From positions 25,484,001 to 25,548,000 of the forward strand of contig CM119371.1 in NCBI GenBank assembly GCA_051294905.1: a stretch of DNA of 64,000 bases, given 5' to 3'. Positions 1-13,300 of the stretch are shown one piece after another. Numbering within the stretch: position 1 is the first letter of the stretch; each line of letters begins with the position of its first letter. The notes under the pieces are model-generated. The model made no database searches. It saw nothing but the letters and a program-made list of their open reading frames with translations, and was not told where the DNA came from. The DNA is from Botryllus schlosseri. Its lineage: Eukaryota. The translations under genes were made by a program, and so were the position numbers.

Positions 1-49
1 CAGACTGGAAGTCACGAAATAACATCATGTAACGAAGTCATATCAACGG

Positions 50-720
50 TTTCGCCCGCCCGAAGATGTTTAATCATTATTTACGGGCCCTCCCGTTTTC
101 AAGACACTTAACTCAGCTCTACCGGTAAATCTAATAACGTGAGTAGAGAGGACAATAAATTGATAGCATATTATATATGCAATCGCCGATCTGATGGACC
201 GATTTTATCATAAATTATCGAAAATCTTCGCGCGTGGCGCTGACTCACAATACAGTACCGGTAATTTCGTGACAAACGCGAACAACGTGATGGGGTGGGT
301 CGTTTTATCACCCTATGGAAGCCCAAGACCCACGTTTTTGGGGACCTGACGAGGTGCTGTTTCGTTCCTGCCAACGGGTATACGCCCGAAGATGTTTAAT
401 TATTATTGAGTCGTCCTACCTTTTCAAACACACCTCACTCAGCTCTGCCGGCAAATCTGATTACGTGTGCAGAGAGAAGATAAAAATTGATAACAATGTA
501 TGCAATTCCCGATCATACTGACCGATGAAAGCATGAACTCTAGAATTTTTGCGCGCTTCGCGCGCTTAGGCGACAAAAGCTGATCCACTAAAGAAACTCC
601 CAATGAACATGATGATTAGTGGTAAACAGGGGTAAACAGTGTATCGCTGGAGGGGGGTCTGGGGGGCCCAAGACCAAAGTTTTTTGGGGGGCTGACGAAG
701 TGCTGTTACGGCCCTACACA
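50..720. repeat. Dispersed repeat module (internal part of a non-autonomous DNA transposon), two adjacent copies
   Basis: cgaagatgtttaat...ctcagctct...aaatct..acgtg..agagag occurs at ~60-150 and ~385-480. It recurs at ~10155-10450 with the same cgcgcttcgcgcg and ggggg..tggggg motifs, and partly at ~7420 and (reverse) ~8290-8430. Confidence 0.6.
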
Positions 721-1241
721 CAATAGGAAACTTAATCCAGTATTACGCGATTCACGAACGAATCGCAATAGCGCGTAATAAAGGCATATTACTAATAATT
801 ATATCCTCTCGCACCCCATGTAATCGAATTTATTGCTATAGACTTAGCTCAAGGTAAAACTTAGCAATTTGTAGACATAAGTTTGTAAAGGAAACATTAC
901 ACTGGTCAAAAAAATGAAAAAAATATTTGTGGCAGAATATCTGAGAGCCGTTTCAGGGGCTTTTGAGATTGCTGATTACCAATATCACATTAGTTTTGCC
1001 AGATTGGCTCTTGTTCGGGATATATTTATACCCCTAAAAAAGCCCAAAATTACTGTATCTACCCCATTTTACTTGATAGGAAGAAAATCGTACTTTTTAT
1101 TCTAATTTTTTACTGCGCATAAAGAGATAGTTGACTATGAAGAACCCTCATGTCGTTCTCAGTCATTCTATCAATAAAAACATGACCTGGTGCGAAATAT
1201 TTGTTTGTCAGCGAGAAAAGTGAAGGAAGCTAAAAGACGAA

Positions 1242-1880
1242 TTGCTACAACAGCTAAGCCTAAACCCTACGCAAGCAAGGTTTAACGAGATAACCATAGA
1301 GCTCCCAAAGCGTCCAGCAACGCATCTTCTTGTCAAAGGCATAGCATTTGAAACTAAAAAGGACACGGCAGTTAAACAACTGAACGAATATGGATTCGGA
1401 ACGGTTGTCAATCAGACAAGAGTATTTTACAAGAATACTAACTATTACAACGGCGTCACTAACATCTGGATGGAGGATTTCAGTAAAGAAGATATGCCAG
1501 AAAGTATGATTATTATTGGTGTGAGATGCTGGATCAAGACTGCTGTAGATGCATATCAAAAGCGATGCTACCACTGTAAGGTGGTGGGTCATATGGTCAG
1601 AGATTGCCAAGCCGACAAATTGGAATGCGCGAAGTGCGGCGGGCCTGGCCATGGCGCAGAAACATGCAAAGCAAAACGTAGCAAAAGACAAAGCGAACAC
1701 GAGACTGGAATCGAAAAGGCTGGGGGAGTCAATGATCAAATCGCAGATAAACTTGTGAGAGAAAACTCAAACGAACCCCATGCTGGTGAGAGAATAACCG
1801 ACGAAACGAACGAATCGACGAAAATAATACCAGAGAAACCAGTTGACCTGAATATGAGTCAGAATGAGGACACGAACTGA
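1242..1880 (+). pseudogene. L1/Tx1 ORF1 (gag-like, zinc knuckles), truncated and interrupted
   Basis: CYHCKVVGHMVRDC and CAKCGGPGHGAETC are CX2CX4HX4C knuckles. A low-complexity acidic/basic tail continues past the stop up to ORF2. Confidence 0.8.
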
Positions 1881-2256
1881 AATCAAACAGCGCCGAATAG
1901 CCCGGTGATGACGAAATCTTACACGTCACCGGACGCTGCATTCGAGAATGAAGACACAACACAAGAACAGTCCGTACATCCTCTGGTCAACGAGGAAAAA
2001 CACGAATCAGGCAAATAAAAAAAAACACAGACGGCCCAAATAGCGCTCAATAAAAGACCGCCTAATGCCATCAAAGGACCAAAATCGAGCGCCAGCTGTG
2101 ATAGGGCGGCGAAACAACAAAACGGAAACAGAGTAACGACCAGAAACACCACAAGCAACCAAGAAATACTAACAAAACCGAATATAAATGGGATTAAAAA
2201 AGACAACACGAAACAGAAGACAGCCAGAATCCCGCAAGACCCCCAAAACAGAATCA

Positions 2257-5200
2257 ATGGCGAACCTATTGAAGCTAGCATCGATTAACGTAAATGGATT
2301 ATCAAACAGACTACAGGATTTGGAACAATATATACAGACTTCGAATTTGGATATATTATTGATTCAGGAAACGCATAAGATCGATAATGTGGATATACGT
2401 AACTGGGCAGCCGATATAGGATTTATTATCTACTTCAACACAAAGAACGAAGTGAGACAATATTCTGGCACTGCGATAATGATCAAATAACATCACGAAG
2501 GTAAAATTTTTCGTCACTACAGCATGATAGAAAACCGTGCACGATGCCTCTGCATTCAAATTGAAAAATGCCCAATAGCTATAATAAATATTTATACCCC
2601 ACCCCGTCTGGACAATCCGCAGATGCGAGAAAGTTACGTGATGATTTCCTAATCCAACTCGAATCAGAAATCCATGAACTTGAAGTCTCGGTTATAATGG
2701 GTGGTGACTTCAACCTAATTATTGACCAAAAAGACACTCGAATTAAACAAAAACTCCATGTTAGAAGCACCGAGAGACACTTTGAAAAGCTAACTAACGA
2801 CGCGGAACTGATTGACGTGTTTAGGAGTAAACATCCTCTTGCCGAAGTATTCACTTACGTCACTGGAAAAAACGCGAGGAGACTAGATCGTTTCTACGCA
2901 ACTCGTGAACTCATGGGCCCTGTTCAGAATGCAGGACATGAAAATAACCTTGTGGCTGACCACATAAGTCCGACAATAACACTTGCAATTGAGCCAGGCA
3001 CTCTATGGAGAAGAAAAAATTGGAAGTGTAATAATGACCTTTTGCGAGATGAAGTGTACCGAGATATAATATCTAATCTCATAAGCTTTGAAGAAAATAA
3101 TATTCAACACTGCCACGGAATTCAACAATGGTGGGACAGACTAAAAGATAGAATTGTCAACGTAAGCAAGAGATATGAAATAGACAAATATAAAATGTGT
3201 GGCTCCCAGATAACGTATCAGAGGGCAAAGGGAAAATTGCGCATGTTTACCAAAATTGACCATTGCGAAGGTGAACCTAACACGATGAGACAATTTTGGC
3301 AAGAATTGAAGACCAGAAGGCGCAAGACCGAGCTTAAAGAACTCCAGCTCAGAGATGGAACGGTAACGACTGACCGTAATATTATTGCTAAACAGATTGA
3401 ACAATTTTACGCAGAATTGTGGACCCGACACGACGGCATTAATTCGTACGATCAAGACGAATATCTATCATCTTATCAGCACGACCGCATGCACGGGAGA
3501 GACAATGAACAAACATCGGTAATACAATCTAGCGAAATATTACAAATACTGAAAGCAATGAACAGGGAAAGGTCACCGGGTTTCGACGGCCTAACAGTGG
3601 AATTCTACCTTGCTACGTGGCAAAACATTGGTTCGAGATTAGCAGAAATCATAAACAACGCGCTAATATACGGAAACATACCGCATAGCTGGAAACGCGC
3701 TAAAATTATTCTGATTCACAAAGAAAAGGACAAAAAGGATTTAGCGAACTGGCAACCCATTTCGCTGCTAAACACGGACTACAAAATAATGGCGTAAATT
3801 CTCAACAACAGACTGGTTGAGGAAATTTCGAGCAACATCAACATGACACAGAAAGCGGGAATTCCCGGGAGACAAATGGACGTGATACACAACAATTTGA
3901 GTGCAATTGTTAATTATCATCAAGAAAAACCTTTAGAAGGTTATATAATGACCATAGACGCAAGGAAAGCCTTTGATAAGGTGGACAACCAAATGCTCTT
4001 CAAAGTGCTTGACAAACTGCCCGTCACGTGAGAAACTCTAAAAGTGATCAAAGCCACATATGATAATCCTATTGCGACCCTCGAGGTCAACGGCCTCCAA
4101 GCAGCCAATGTAAATTGTACAAGGGGCATTAGACAACGATGTCCTTAGAGTATGACGCTATACGCGATTAGCGCAGACCCGCTAGCCCACAAGTCATGCA
4201 CTAACGACAACATCAAAGGTATCCGAATCGGCGGGATAGAGCATAAATTAGACCAATTTGCTGATGACGTCACACTGTATCTAAGAACAACTGACTCTAT
4301 TACCACAGTCCTTAACGTATATCAAAGCTTGCATAGAGTGACAGGTCAGGATATCAACACAGACAAGACGGAAATCCTACCGCTGAACGAAAAATCACGT
4401 ATCAGACTGCAAAAAACTGCGCACGCACATATGCTGAAGCCAGTAATTAAGATACTGGGCTTATACCACGGAGAAAGCGAACTGAAAATGAACTTCCACA
4501 GACTCTGGCAAGGAGTCGAGAAAAGCGTAAGACATATTAAATCAAATCGGCTTTCTTGGATTGGTAAAATAACGGCGATTAAGGCATACATAATTAGCAA
4601 AATAACTTTTACATATGCTAACAAGCAAATTCCAGGCGACAAGCTCAAGCAACTCGAACGCCTCGTCTTCGGCCTACTGTGGAGTCCTGAGAAACTCGAG
4701 CAAAAAAGCAGAATGCAACTGATCAGACCTAAGCCAGAAGGAGGAATTGATATGCCAGATATCGAATCTGCAACACAAGCAAAGAGAGCAAAAAGACTAC
4801 AACAACTGAGTCGACTCGAGAACCCGATTGATATCTGCCATGCAGAAGCGATGTACAATCTGACAACGAAGGTGGGCGATATAAATTGCAATTTATACAA
4901 CAACCTCTACCCTCACAGAAATACATTGACGGAGGAATGGAAGAAGGAAAAGGAAATCTTCAACGTAATTAAAAGCCAATCACAAGATATACAAGAACTA
5001 AGCCAGAAAGAAATGTACCAGATCCTTGTTTAAAAAAAAACGCAACAAGGAGGAAGCCGCATGGCGGACTGGAAAGAGATATGGCTATACCAACCCAATA
5101 TCAAATATCACATTGACAACAAGAAACGTGAGATTTCGTATCGCATTAACACTGAGAGCTACTTTACAGGCTCCAGAAAAACCAACGCAGGCTGGGTACG

Positions 5201-5541
5201 AAGAAATGACGCCTACTTGAAAAACAAATGCAAATTTTGCCAACACGCCGAAGATACTCTGCGTCACACCTTCGCCGAATGTTCAACTTACAAAAAACTG
5301 TTCTCTCTTTGTAATACAGGATCTCGAGAACGACCTGCAAACGACTATTGACGCTACACCCGACGAGATCATAAGCTACGTCTACGACGGACCGCAAGCT
5401 CCGACTATAATACAAGCTTTTATGAACGTGAAAACCCTTGTGTGGAAATGGAAAAGTGCACTCGACATACAAAATGAATTCGCCCAAAATATTGACGAAC
5501 GCATCTACGATATAAGAAGTAAAATATACCGAATAATTTAA
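2257..5541 (+). pseudogene. L1/Tx1 ORF2 (endonuclease-reverse transcriptase) with several stops and frameshifts
   Basis: APE motifs MANLLKLASINVNG...LLIQETH, MGGDFN and RLDRFY; RT motifs SPGFDGL, WQPISLLNTDYK, DARKAFDKV and QFADD; C-terminal CKFC...HTFAEC. The frame is split over ORF-track pieces with stops at 2490, 3797, 4031 and 5033. Confidence 0.9.
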
Positions 5542-7916
5542 GCGAGTCCATTAAACGCTTGTGCGATAAATCGTATTGTATTTATCGACCCACAAAGCCC
5601 AACCAATCCACCTGCAACCTTTCCCAACCCCCCAAACCTCCCATCCCATCCCTCTTTACCCCACCCCTAAACCACTAAACCCTCCCCCGACCTACCCTAT
5701 CCACACACCCCTACCCTAATCCTACCCCACCCACTACCACTCCACCAAATTTATATGAAAAACACACGCAAACGAGCGCCAAGTACTGTCGGCTCCTACT
5801 ACGACCGCGACCACGAATCGACATCGACTGCTGCGATGAGATGAGCCGAGCGACTACGACCGCCAACTTACGACGGCGCCTACTACGACCTCGAATACAA
5901 ATCCGACTTCGACAACGGCTGAGACGAGATGACCTGATGAATGATGATGGGGAAAGATTTTCTTTATGAAATTTTGATATTTTATGTACATATTTAAATA
6001 AACATCTCTAAAACGGTCATACCAAAAACTCGAAAATTGGTATCCGGCTGATACTATCCGCAGCTATCCTGCTGGGCGGTCAGCAATAACGGATAGCATG
6101 GAGGAGACAAAAAAACGGTGGCGCAGACTAGATGACCTCACCGTCGTATCGCAACTCCGTCGTCAAAGCATCTCGATGGTACAGGCGAAAAAGAATATCT
6201 ATCTCTCTCTCTCAAAAAAGCAGTTTGTCAAGCCTAAAAATTGTACTTTTGCACAACGGAAATGCATATTGTCCTGTATCGATTGGTCATTCTACCAAGA
6301 TAGAAGAGGCGTGTAAAAAGCTATATATTGTTTTTCCCTATAGTGTCCCTATCAAACGAGAAGGCTAAATCTGGTATCTTGGAAAGATTTCGGATTCGAA
6401 TACATATGCAATATTCTAATTTCATATTAGGAAGGAGTTCACTGCATGGAATTTATCCTAAGATGTAGTGAATAGAACTGTTTAGATTATCATGATCACA
6501 AAGCACCCAACTACAAACAGTTAATCCGAAAATTCTTATCTCCATATTGAAAACGAGTAAAAAACAGGAGCATAAAAGTTCATTTCCTGTTCAGTCATCT
6601 TGATATATTTCCTGATTATCTTGTTGATTAGCAAGGGGAGAGATTCCACTAAGACATCAAAACAACAATGAAATATATTAGGGCAGATGAGACGAACATA
6701 TTATGGCAGATCATTGCTGGAATCTTCCGAGAGACTACAGTAAATTGCTTACGGCGAAAATCGTACAAAAAACAATTGTGCCTTGAAATAAATGAATAAT
6801 ATTATATTCCAACTGAATATTTCACAATTACAATAGGTGGTTGACGTAAAACTGATTGAATTACTGCCAAGTTATTTGAATATCTAGGTAAATACTTATA
6901 TACAATGTTCCCTCTAAGCTGCGCACGTGCGCAAATGCGCAGTGTTGAAACGGTCTCTGCGCACAGAAAATCTAAGCTGCGCACAAAAAATCTGAAGTGA
7001 TGACTTTTTTTAAATCTTTGCGCACTGTTCTCCAAGGTACCGCGCAAGCGCGCAGACTCGTGAAAAATTAGAGGGGACATTGCCAAGGGCAGATAGTGTT
7101 CTCGCTGAAGTCTGAAACCGACGTACATTGCGCACTGTGAAGAAATGATAATTTGCAATGACGTGGGCCTCACGAAAGAGATTTTTCTTTTAGTATGGTC
7201 TCGTACGCGTCAGCGATACTGATATCATTTCAATAGCGCAGTCTTTTTCTGGGAATGGCGAAATAACATGGTTTAACAAAGTTATAAATATAACAACAAT
7301 GGACTAACTTGAAGGTAATCTGCGAGAAACTAACGAATAGTATTCTTCGCGTGGCGTGGACATTGCATAAGAATTACTGTACAATTACATGCCGTGAATT
7401 GCCGAAGTCATCACTTCCATCAGGCAAATCTGATCACGTGTGATGAGATAAGATAACATGCAAAATATGCAAGTACAAGCACTGGTATTTTTGAAAAAAT
7501 CCATCACCTTGCAAACGTTTATTGGCATATCCTTCAACTGCGCACTGTGGGGCGTTGAATTAAATCAGCTTTTCAGCAGCACGAATTTTGATTTTATTCG
7601 AATCGTTTGAACGGGAATGTTCTGTCGATAAGGTCATACGCTAATATTGTTCATGCTTCGGTCAGACTTGAATATTCGTATCAATATAAATTACTGTATG
7701 TCTTGATAGTAATTAGTGTATTGCCGGTATTAATAAGATGTCACATCAGTGTTTGAACGCGGTAGGCCTACATCGATCGCATGTATTGATTTGAAGTGCG
7801 TTTTCGTGCCAGTCGTGTGTGTATATCTACTAGTAATCTATATGTCACCATGTATGTACACGGATTTATTGTGGCGTCACATATGGTTGCACGAAATTAC
7901 GATTAGCCGTCTATAG

Positions 7917-9555
7917 CAGTGGTTCTCAACCTTTTTCACTTCGCGGACCGGTAAAATTTCAAAAGATATTCGGCGGACCGGGGGACCTTAAAAATTCAAA
8001 TTAACCCAAGATGTAATGCATGCAAATGCAGCCGTTTCTCTGCAAGTATGGTGCTAGAGCAGGAGTGGCCAACCGTTTTGCTCTTCACGGCCGCATCTCG
8101 ATTACTATGGATTCCCGGACATAGTCGTAATGAACTAACTGGACGCGAAAGACCAGTGTTAAACTGTGCATGTCCATTTCCGACGAACTCTGGACTTATC
8201 AACTTTTTCATATCGTCTTGATATACGCACCGAATTCGCTACATAGTGGTCATATCAGAAATACTCACTGGGAGCGATCATGATCGTGCGAAGCGCGAAA
8301 AATTCTTTACGCGTCACGAATGAATTTCGTCATTAATATTCGTAGTTTCACATATTACCCCTAAATATTTATCCTTTCTCAGCCAGTGCGATCAGATTCA
8401 TCGGTAGAGTTGATGAGGGAGTGTTTTCGAAAATTTAGGGCAAATAATAAATGATGATGCATCTTCGGGTGGCCCAATTGTTATTATAGTCACTTTGATG
8501 GGTGATGTTATTTCTTGACCTCCCATCAGGATTGTCGGTATCGTGGAAAGATATTGGAATCTCCCAACCGCACCAGAAACAAATTACTTTTGCAACGATC
8601 GCACGATTCCAAGTTGGTAATTCTATATCGGGTGCATCATTTTCCTCCGCTCTTCGCATCTGTAGTGTGGGGCTCGGATTGCAAAGGGCGCTATACGACT
8701 ATATAAAAAATCGAAAATGAAGTCGCATTGAATCGTGCACAGCGCGAAGAAAATTTCAAGATTAATGAAAATATATCAAAAATTCGGCAGTCTATCCGTA
8801 ATTTCAATTTTCAAGTCGACGGCCGCCAACAAATACTAGTTGAAATAAGTGTCTACGGCCACACAAATTTCCTTTTACGGCGGCAGGGTGGCCACCCCTG
8901 TACTAGAGAGTGACATTTTGAGGGTTTTGTTCGTAATGGAATATGTTTGTGATGGTATTCATGTGATTCCACTTTAGTGTCTGCTGAGTCGAGGTAAAAT
9001 TAACCTGTCCAAATAAACATAGGCTAATTTAGCTCCGAAGGCCGTGGATTAACCGACCACGGCAGCTCGAATAATATTCTTCTCTTCGACAATATCCAGA
9101 GATGGAGCGGTTTGGAGTAGGACCAGGCACCTTGTCGAGCTATCTTGCTCAAATCCCACTACTACCAGACGTAGCCTACTACGAGTACAAGGCGCCGCAC
9201 GAAAACACCTGACAACAGCGATACCTGGCCATCCACAAAACTAATAAATCGAAAACGAATGATTGCACGAATTGCGCGGTTTAGCGAGTCAGGTCTTACT
9301 TGACGAGTCGCTCGTATGTCCTCACCAGAGACAGCGTGATTTTTAAATCAAATAGAACATGTTTCCGAGCCTAATCTTACCTCACGTAGTTCTGCAGCAG
9401 TTTAAAATTTGACGTTATATTTATTTTACCAATGGACAAACCTTCAAAATCTTGCATTATAAAATTAGGTATAAAATCCTAGTATTCCTCGCAGACCGGC
9501 AGTAAAGTCGTCGCGGACCGGCACAGGTCCGCGGACCGGCGGTTGAGAACCACTG
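7917..9555. mobile_element. hAT MITE (CAGTGGTTCTCAACC termini)
   Basis: TIRs at both ends; perfect 8-bp TSD GTCTATAG (7909-7916 / 9556-9563). Confidence 0.92.
8060..8900. mobile_element. hAT MITE nested in 7917-9555
   Basis: CAGGAGTGGCCAACC...GGTGGCCACCCCTG; TSD TGCTAGAG/TACTAGAG (7/8). Related to 26505-27030. Confidence 0.85.
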
Positions 9556-9615
9556 GTCTATAGTACTTGCGGTTACAAGCGTCCATTTGTGTGGCAACAA
9601 CTGTTTTGGCTAGCT

Positions 9616-9936
9616 CAGTGGTTCCCAACCTTTTTCGACTCATCGCCCCTTTTCAAGCTCAGCGCCGATAATCGCCCCCCAGATTTTGCGAACCGAAAAA
9701 TCGGTATACAATCTGTAATCATCGGCGGGTTGACTAAAAAAAAGGTCAACTTTTCAACTTTTCGGCTCGTTGTCGAATTTTACACTTTTGCAACTAAATT
9801 TCCGTGGTTTGACTAAAAAAAATGTCATTCCGACGACTTGACTACAATATAGCCTTTATAACGCGTCATCGCCCCCTTCGTAATTTTCGCCCCCCTAGGC
9901 AGCCAAATCGCCCCCTGGGGGCGTTGGGAACCACTG
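9616..9936. mobile_element. hAT MITE (CAGTGGTTCCCAAC termini)
   Basis: Perfect TSD GGCTAGCT. A second family copy lies in reverse orientation at 45793-46116. Confidence 0.92.
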
Positions 9937-11706
9937 GGCTAGCTGCTTGACTGTGTGGCCACTGGCCAACGTTGCGTGAATACTCACTAATTCTGCTTGT
10001 CACTAGTGTTTATACTGATCGCTTTTAATGATCACAAAACGAATGGGTAGTTTGTTATGCTCATCCCTTCACCAAGCCAAATTAACAAAGAAGTGCGAGC
10101 CGTTTTCAATTGAATGGTTGTCGGACCATGTGAAAACGGAAGACATAAGTAGGTACGCCCGAAGACCTTTAATTACTATTTAGGAGTCCTATACCTTTTC
10201 CGACACACCTGACTCGATCAGCTCAACCGGTAAATCTGATTACGTGAGCAGAGAGAGCATAAAAATTACTTGCAATATACCGACGCAATCATGAATTATA
10301 TAAATTTTTCGCGCTTCGCGCGTTCAGGCGTCACACCTACCCAACGGACTCCAAATGTAGATGATAAGCAGCGGCCAAAATACACAACCCAAGGGGGGGC
10401 TGGGGGCGAAGCCCCCCGGAAGTTTGATATATCGCCCTATGGGGGGCCTGGTTGCGCACTGTTGTCCAAGGGCCTGCGCAGTGAGTTGGCGTGTTGGCGC
10501 GGACTCGTGAAAAATTAGAGGGACATTCCTTATGTACATGACTGGAGTGTGCTTATGAACATGTACATGGTATCGGTGAAAGTCAATACCTGTGATAAAT
10601 CTAATACCACTAAATATAGTTCTGTTACTTTATTTGGATTTAAACGAGTCTTCTATGTGTAAAAATAACGAGTAGATTGAATTTTTAAACTTTATAGTAC
10701 GACTGAGCCGATTTTCTATCCAGCCACTAGAGCGAAAATGAGATATTTTAGTAAAAATAGCCCCTTGAGTTATCTTCATAACAAGAGGCCATTTAAAAAA
10801 AACAAGGTCGTATTCGAAATCAGTGCCCTTCAGAACCCCCACAACCACTCTTACTTTGTCTACCTAAAAATATGTTTTGACCAGTGTTATCATTTCAACT
10901 ATAACATGCAATTTCAATTGGTAGGTGAAACTGTATTATATAATCATACCAAAGACTTGAATAATAATCCACTTACCGAAAACATGCCTAGGACCGATTC
11001 TTTCCTTGCTCTGCGGAGTAGTATATCCTGAACGCAAATGAAAGGAATCGGCCGGATAATTGTTATTTGTATAAAAAAAAAATCCGTGCTAATGATACAT
11101 GTATCAAAAACAAACGGCGAAATTGGGCATTTCGCCTATTTTCACCAGAGCGTAGGTTGCCAATTTGTTAATAACAGTTGAAGATATGACTTTACTCCCA
11201 TTTCAATGTGCTAACACTAATCAAATGTGGGAATTTTATTGTTAGGGATGGTGAGAACCTCTGAATGGTTCGAGTTCGTGCGAACGCGAACCATTTTGAA
11301 AGGTTCTGTGTGAGCCCGAACGTGAACCTCATGACGTTAGGTGACGTCATATTGCTAATTCCAACCCTATATTTCAGTGAAGTGAGAGCCTATATTAATG
11401 TACACAATACCTAGCGACGAGTAGGGCCACATAATGCCACAATACATAACGTTTTAAACGTCGCCAAATGTATCAACTGGGCAATCAAATGATATAATAA
11501 TCCCATAAAATCAATATCTTCCGTCGCCTTGCCAACAATTTCGACGAGCACTTGCAAGGGAATATAAGCTTACGCCTTAATGGTCTAGGCCAGACCGGAC
11601 AATGTATTTGGCGTCTGAGTAGTGCTGTGTTGCTATTTTGCAGACATCGATGAATTCTTTATATAAATTTCATTGATTGGTTGAATACGTATCATTCACT
11701 GACTAC

Positions 11707-12440
11707 AGTAGTATATAAGAACTAGAGCAGAGGCGGACCAATCAAATCGCAGCATTTGATCACGTGACAATTTTGAATTTCAAATCAAACAGAGAAAAAG
11801 CGCGCGAAAGAGTTATGTCAATACCACTTATATGCGGGACAATGGGTGACAATAACGGGTGCGTGAGGAGAACGAAGCGTGACAGAATAATGGGGGGCGG
11901 TGTGTGCTAGCGACCGTTATGGTATTGCACAATGGGTAATACCCTAGTCTGAACCTAGCGATATTGCACCATACACAGCCTTGATCACGTGACAAGTTTG
12001 CAATGACGCGCGTCTGAATTTACTTGATGATAATGGGAATCTCTCACGTGTGTCAAAATGTATGATTTGTTTGAATTTTAAGGTAATGACGCAGGCGAGA
12101 GCGCTACGTCCAATCAATCGCCTCGGCTCTTAATTAAACAAACGCGTCGCCCACCTGCCGCCGCCCGCCCGTCGCGCTTCATTGAAAAGTAACGTTTATT
12201 GCGTCTTTAGCGCTTCCATGAGAGGACAATGGGTGACAATAGATGAAATGATATGACGTATATAAGAGTATGTTTTCAGGCGCTCCAATCTACGATGGGT
12301 GACAATAGGTGTCAACAATTGACGCGCATCCGAAGAGGTGAAATGTCATTCACGGCAATGTACGTACAATTTACAATGATGCGGGGAATCTGTCACATGT
12401 GTCAAAATGTATGATTTGTTTGAATTTTGAGGTAATGACG
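11707..12440 (+). repeat. Left terminal inverted repeat (~740 bp)
   Basis: Near-identical reverse complement of 24600-25353; internal repeats of AATGGGTGACAATA, CACGTG and TGACGC. Confidence 0.92.
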
Positions 12441-12816
12441 CAGGCGAGAGCGCCAATTCCAATCCATCGCGTCACCTGGTAAAATTTCGTGATATCGTGC
12501 ATTGCCTTTACAAATATGCTATGTCCTTTAAATTGCTATTTATACTTGTAATTACAATAGATGAAAAGATATGACGTATATAAGAGTATGTTTTCATGCG
12601 CTTCAATCTACAATGGGTGACAATAGGTGTCAACACTTGACGCGCGTCCGAAGAGGTGAAATGTCATTCACGGTAATGTATGTACAATTTACTTAATGAT
12701 GCTGGGAATCTCTCACGTGTGTCAAAATGTATGAGTTGTTTGAATTTTGAGGTAATGACGCAAGCGAGAGCGCTAAGTCCAACCAATCGCGTCACCTATT
12801 ATTAAAACAAACGCAT

Positions 12817-13300
12817 CTAATTATTATTTATAAATAATTTGAAGACGGACCGCCCATCGCGCGTAAGATACTTTAGATCAGACATGGAAAAATCCCCAAC
12901 AACAACAACATATACTGAAGATAACACTCGGAAGAGAGAGAGGAAAAGAGGGTGAATGCTCTTGAGGTATATTCTACCCCTGGCTTATTCCGAGTGAAAT
13001 AAGTTTGTATTACGTTAACGGAATCTATGTTCGAAAAGTTTAACTAATTATTATTTATAAATAATTTGAAGACGGACCGCCCACCGCGCGTAAAATACTT
13101 TAGATTAGACATGAAAAAAAAACCAACAACAACAACATATACTAAAGATAACACTCGGAAGAGAGAGAGAGGAAAAGAGGGTGAATGCTTTTGAGGTATA
13201 TCCTACATCTGGCCTATTCCGAGTGAAACAAGTTTGTATTACGTTAACGGAATCTATTTTCGAAAGTTTAACTAATTGTAATTTATAAATAATTTGAAGA
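12817..13300 (+). repeat. ~227-bp tandem duplication
   Basis: ctaattattatttataaataatttgaagacggaccgccc at 12817 and 13044, with the start of a third copy near 13272. Confidence 0.85.

Larger units (their letters stand above)
1207..6013 (+). mobile_element. Degenerate, 5'-truncated L1/Tx1-clade non-LTR retrotransposon
   Basis: ORF1 with two CCHC knuckles, then ORF2 with APE endonuclease, RT and a C-terminal CxxC..H..C. A C-rich 3' UTR follows, with AATAAA near 5997. Boundaries are approximate and no TSD was found. Confidence 0.9.
6903..10528. mobile_element. Non-autonomous hAT-type element with a duplicated right end, hosting nested MITEs
   Basis: Left TIR CAATGTTCCCTCTAA at 6903. Matching right ends finish at 7082 and 10528. 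Only the outer end is followed by a near copy of the left flank (CTTATATA 6895-6902 / CTTATGTA 10529-10536). Confidence 0.6.

Noticed and set aside
1260..5487. Antisense ORFs over the L1 element (and similar ones over the LINE at 53.9-55.8 kb)
   Set aside because: Shadow frames of the retrotransposon coding strand.
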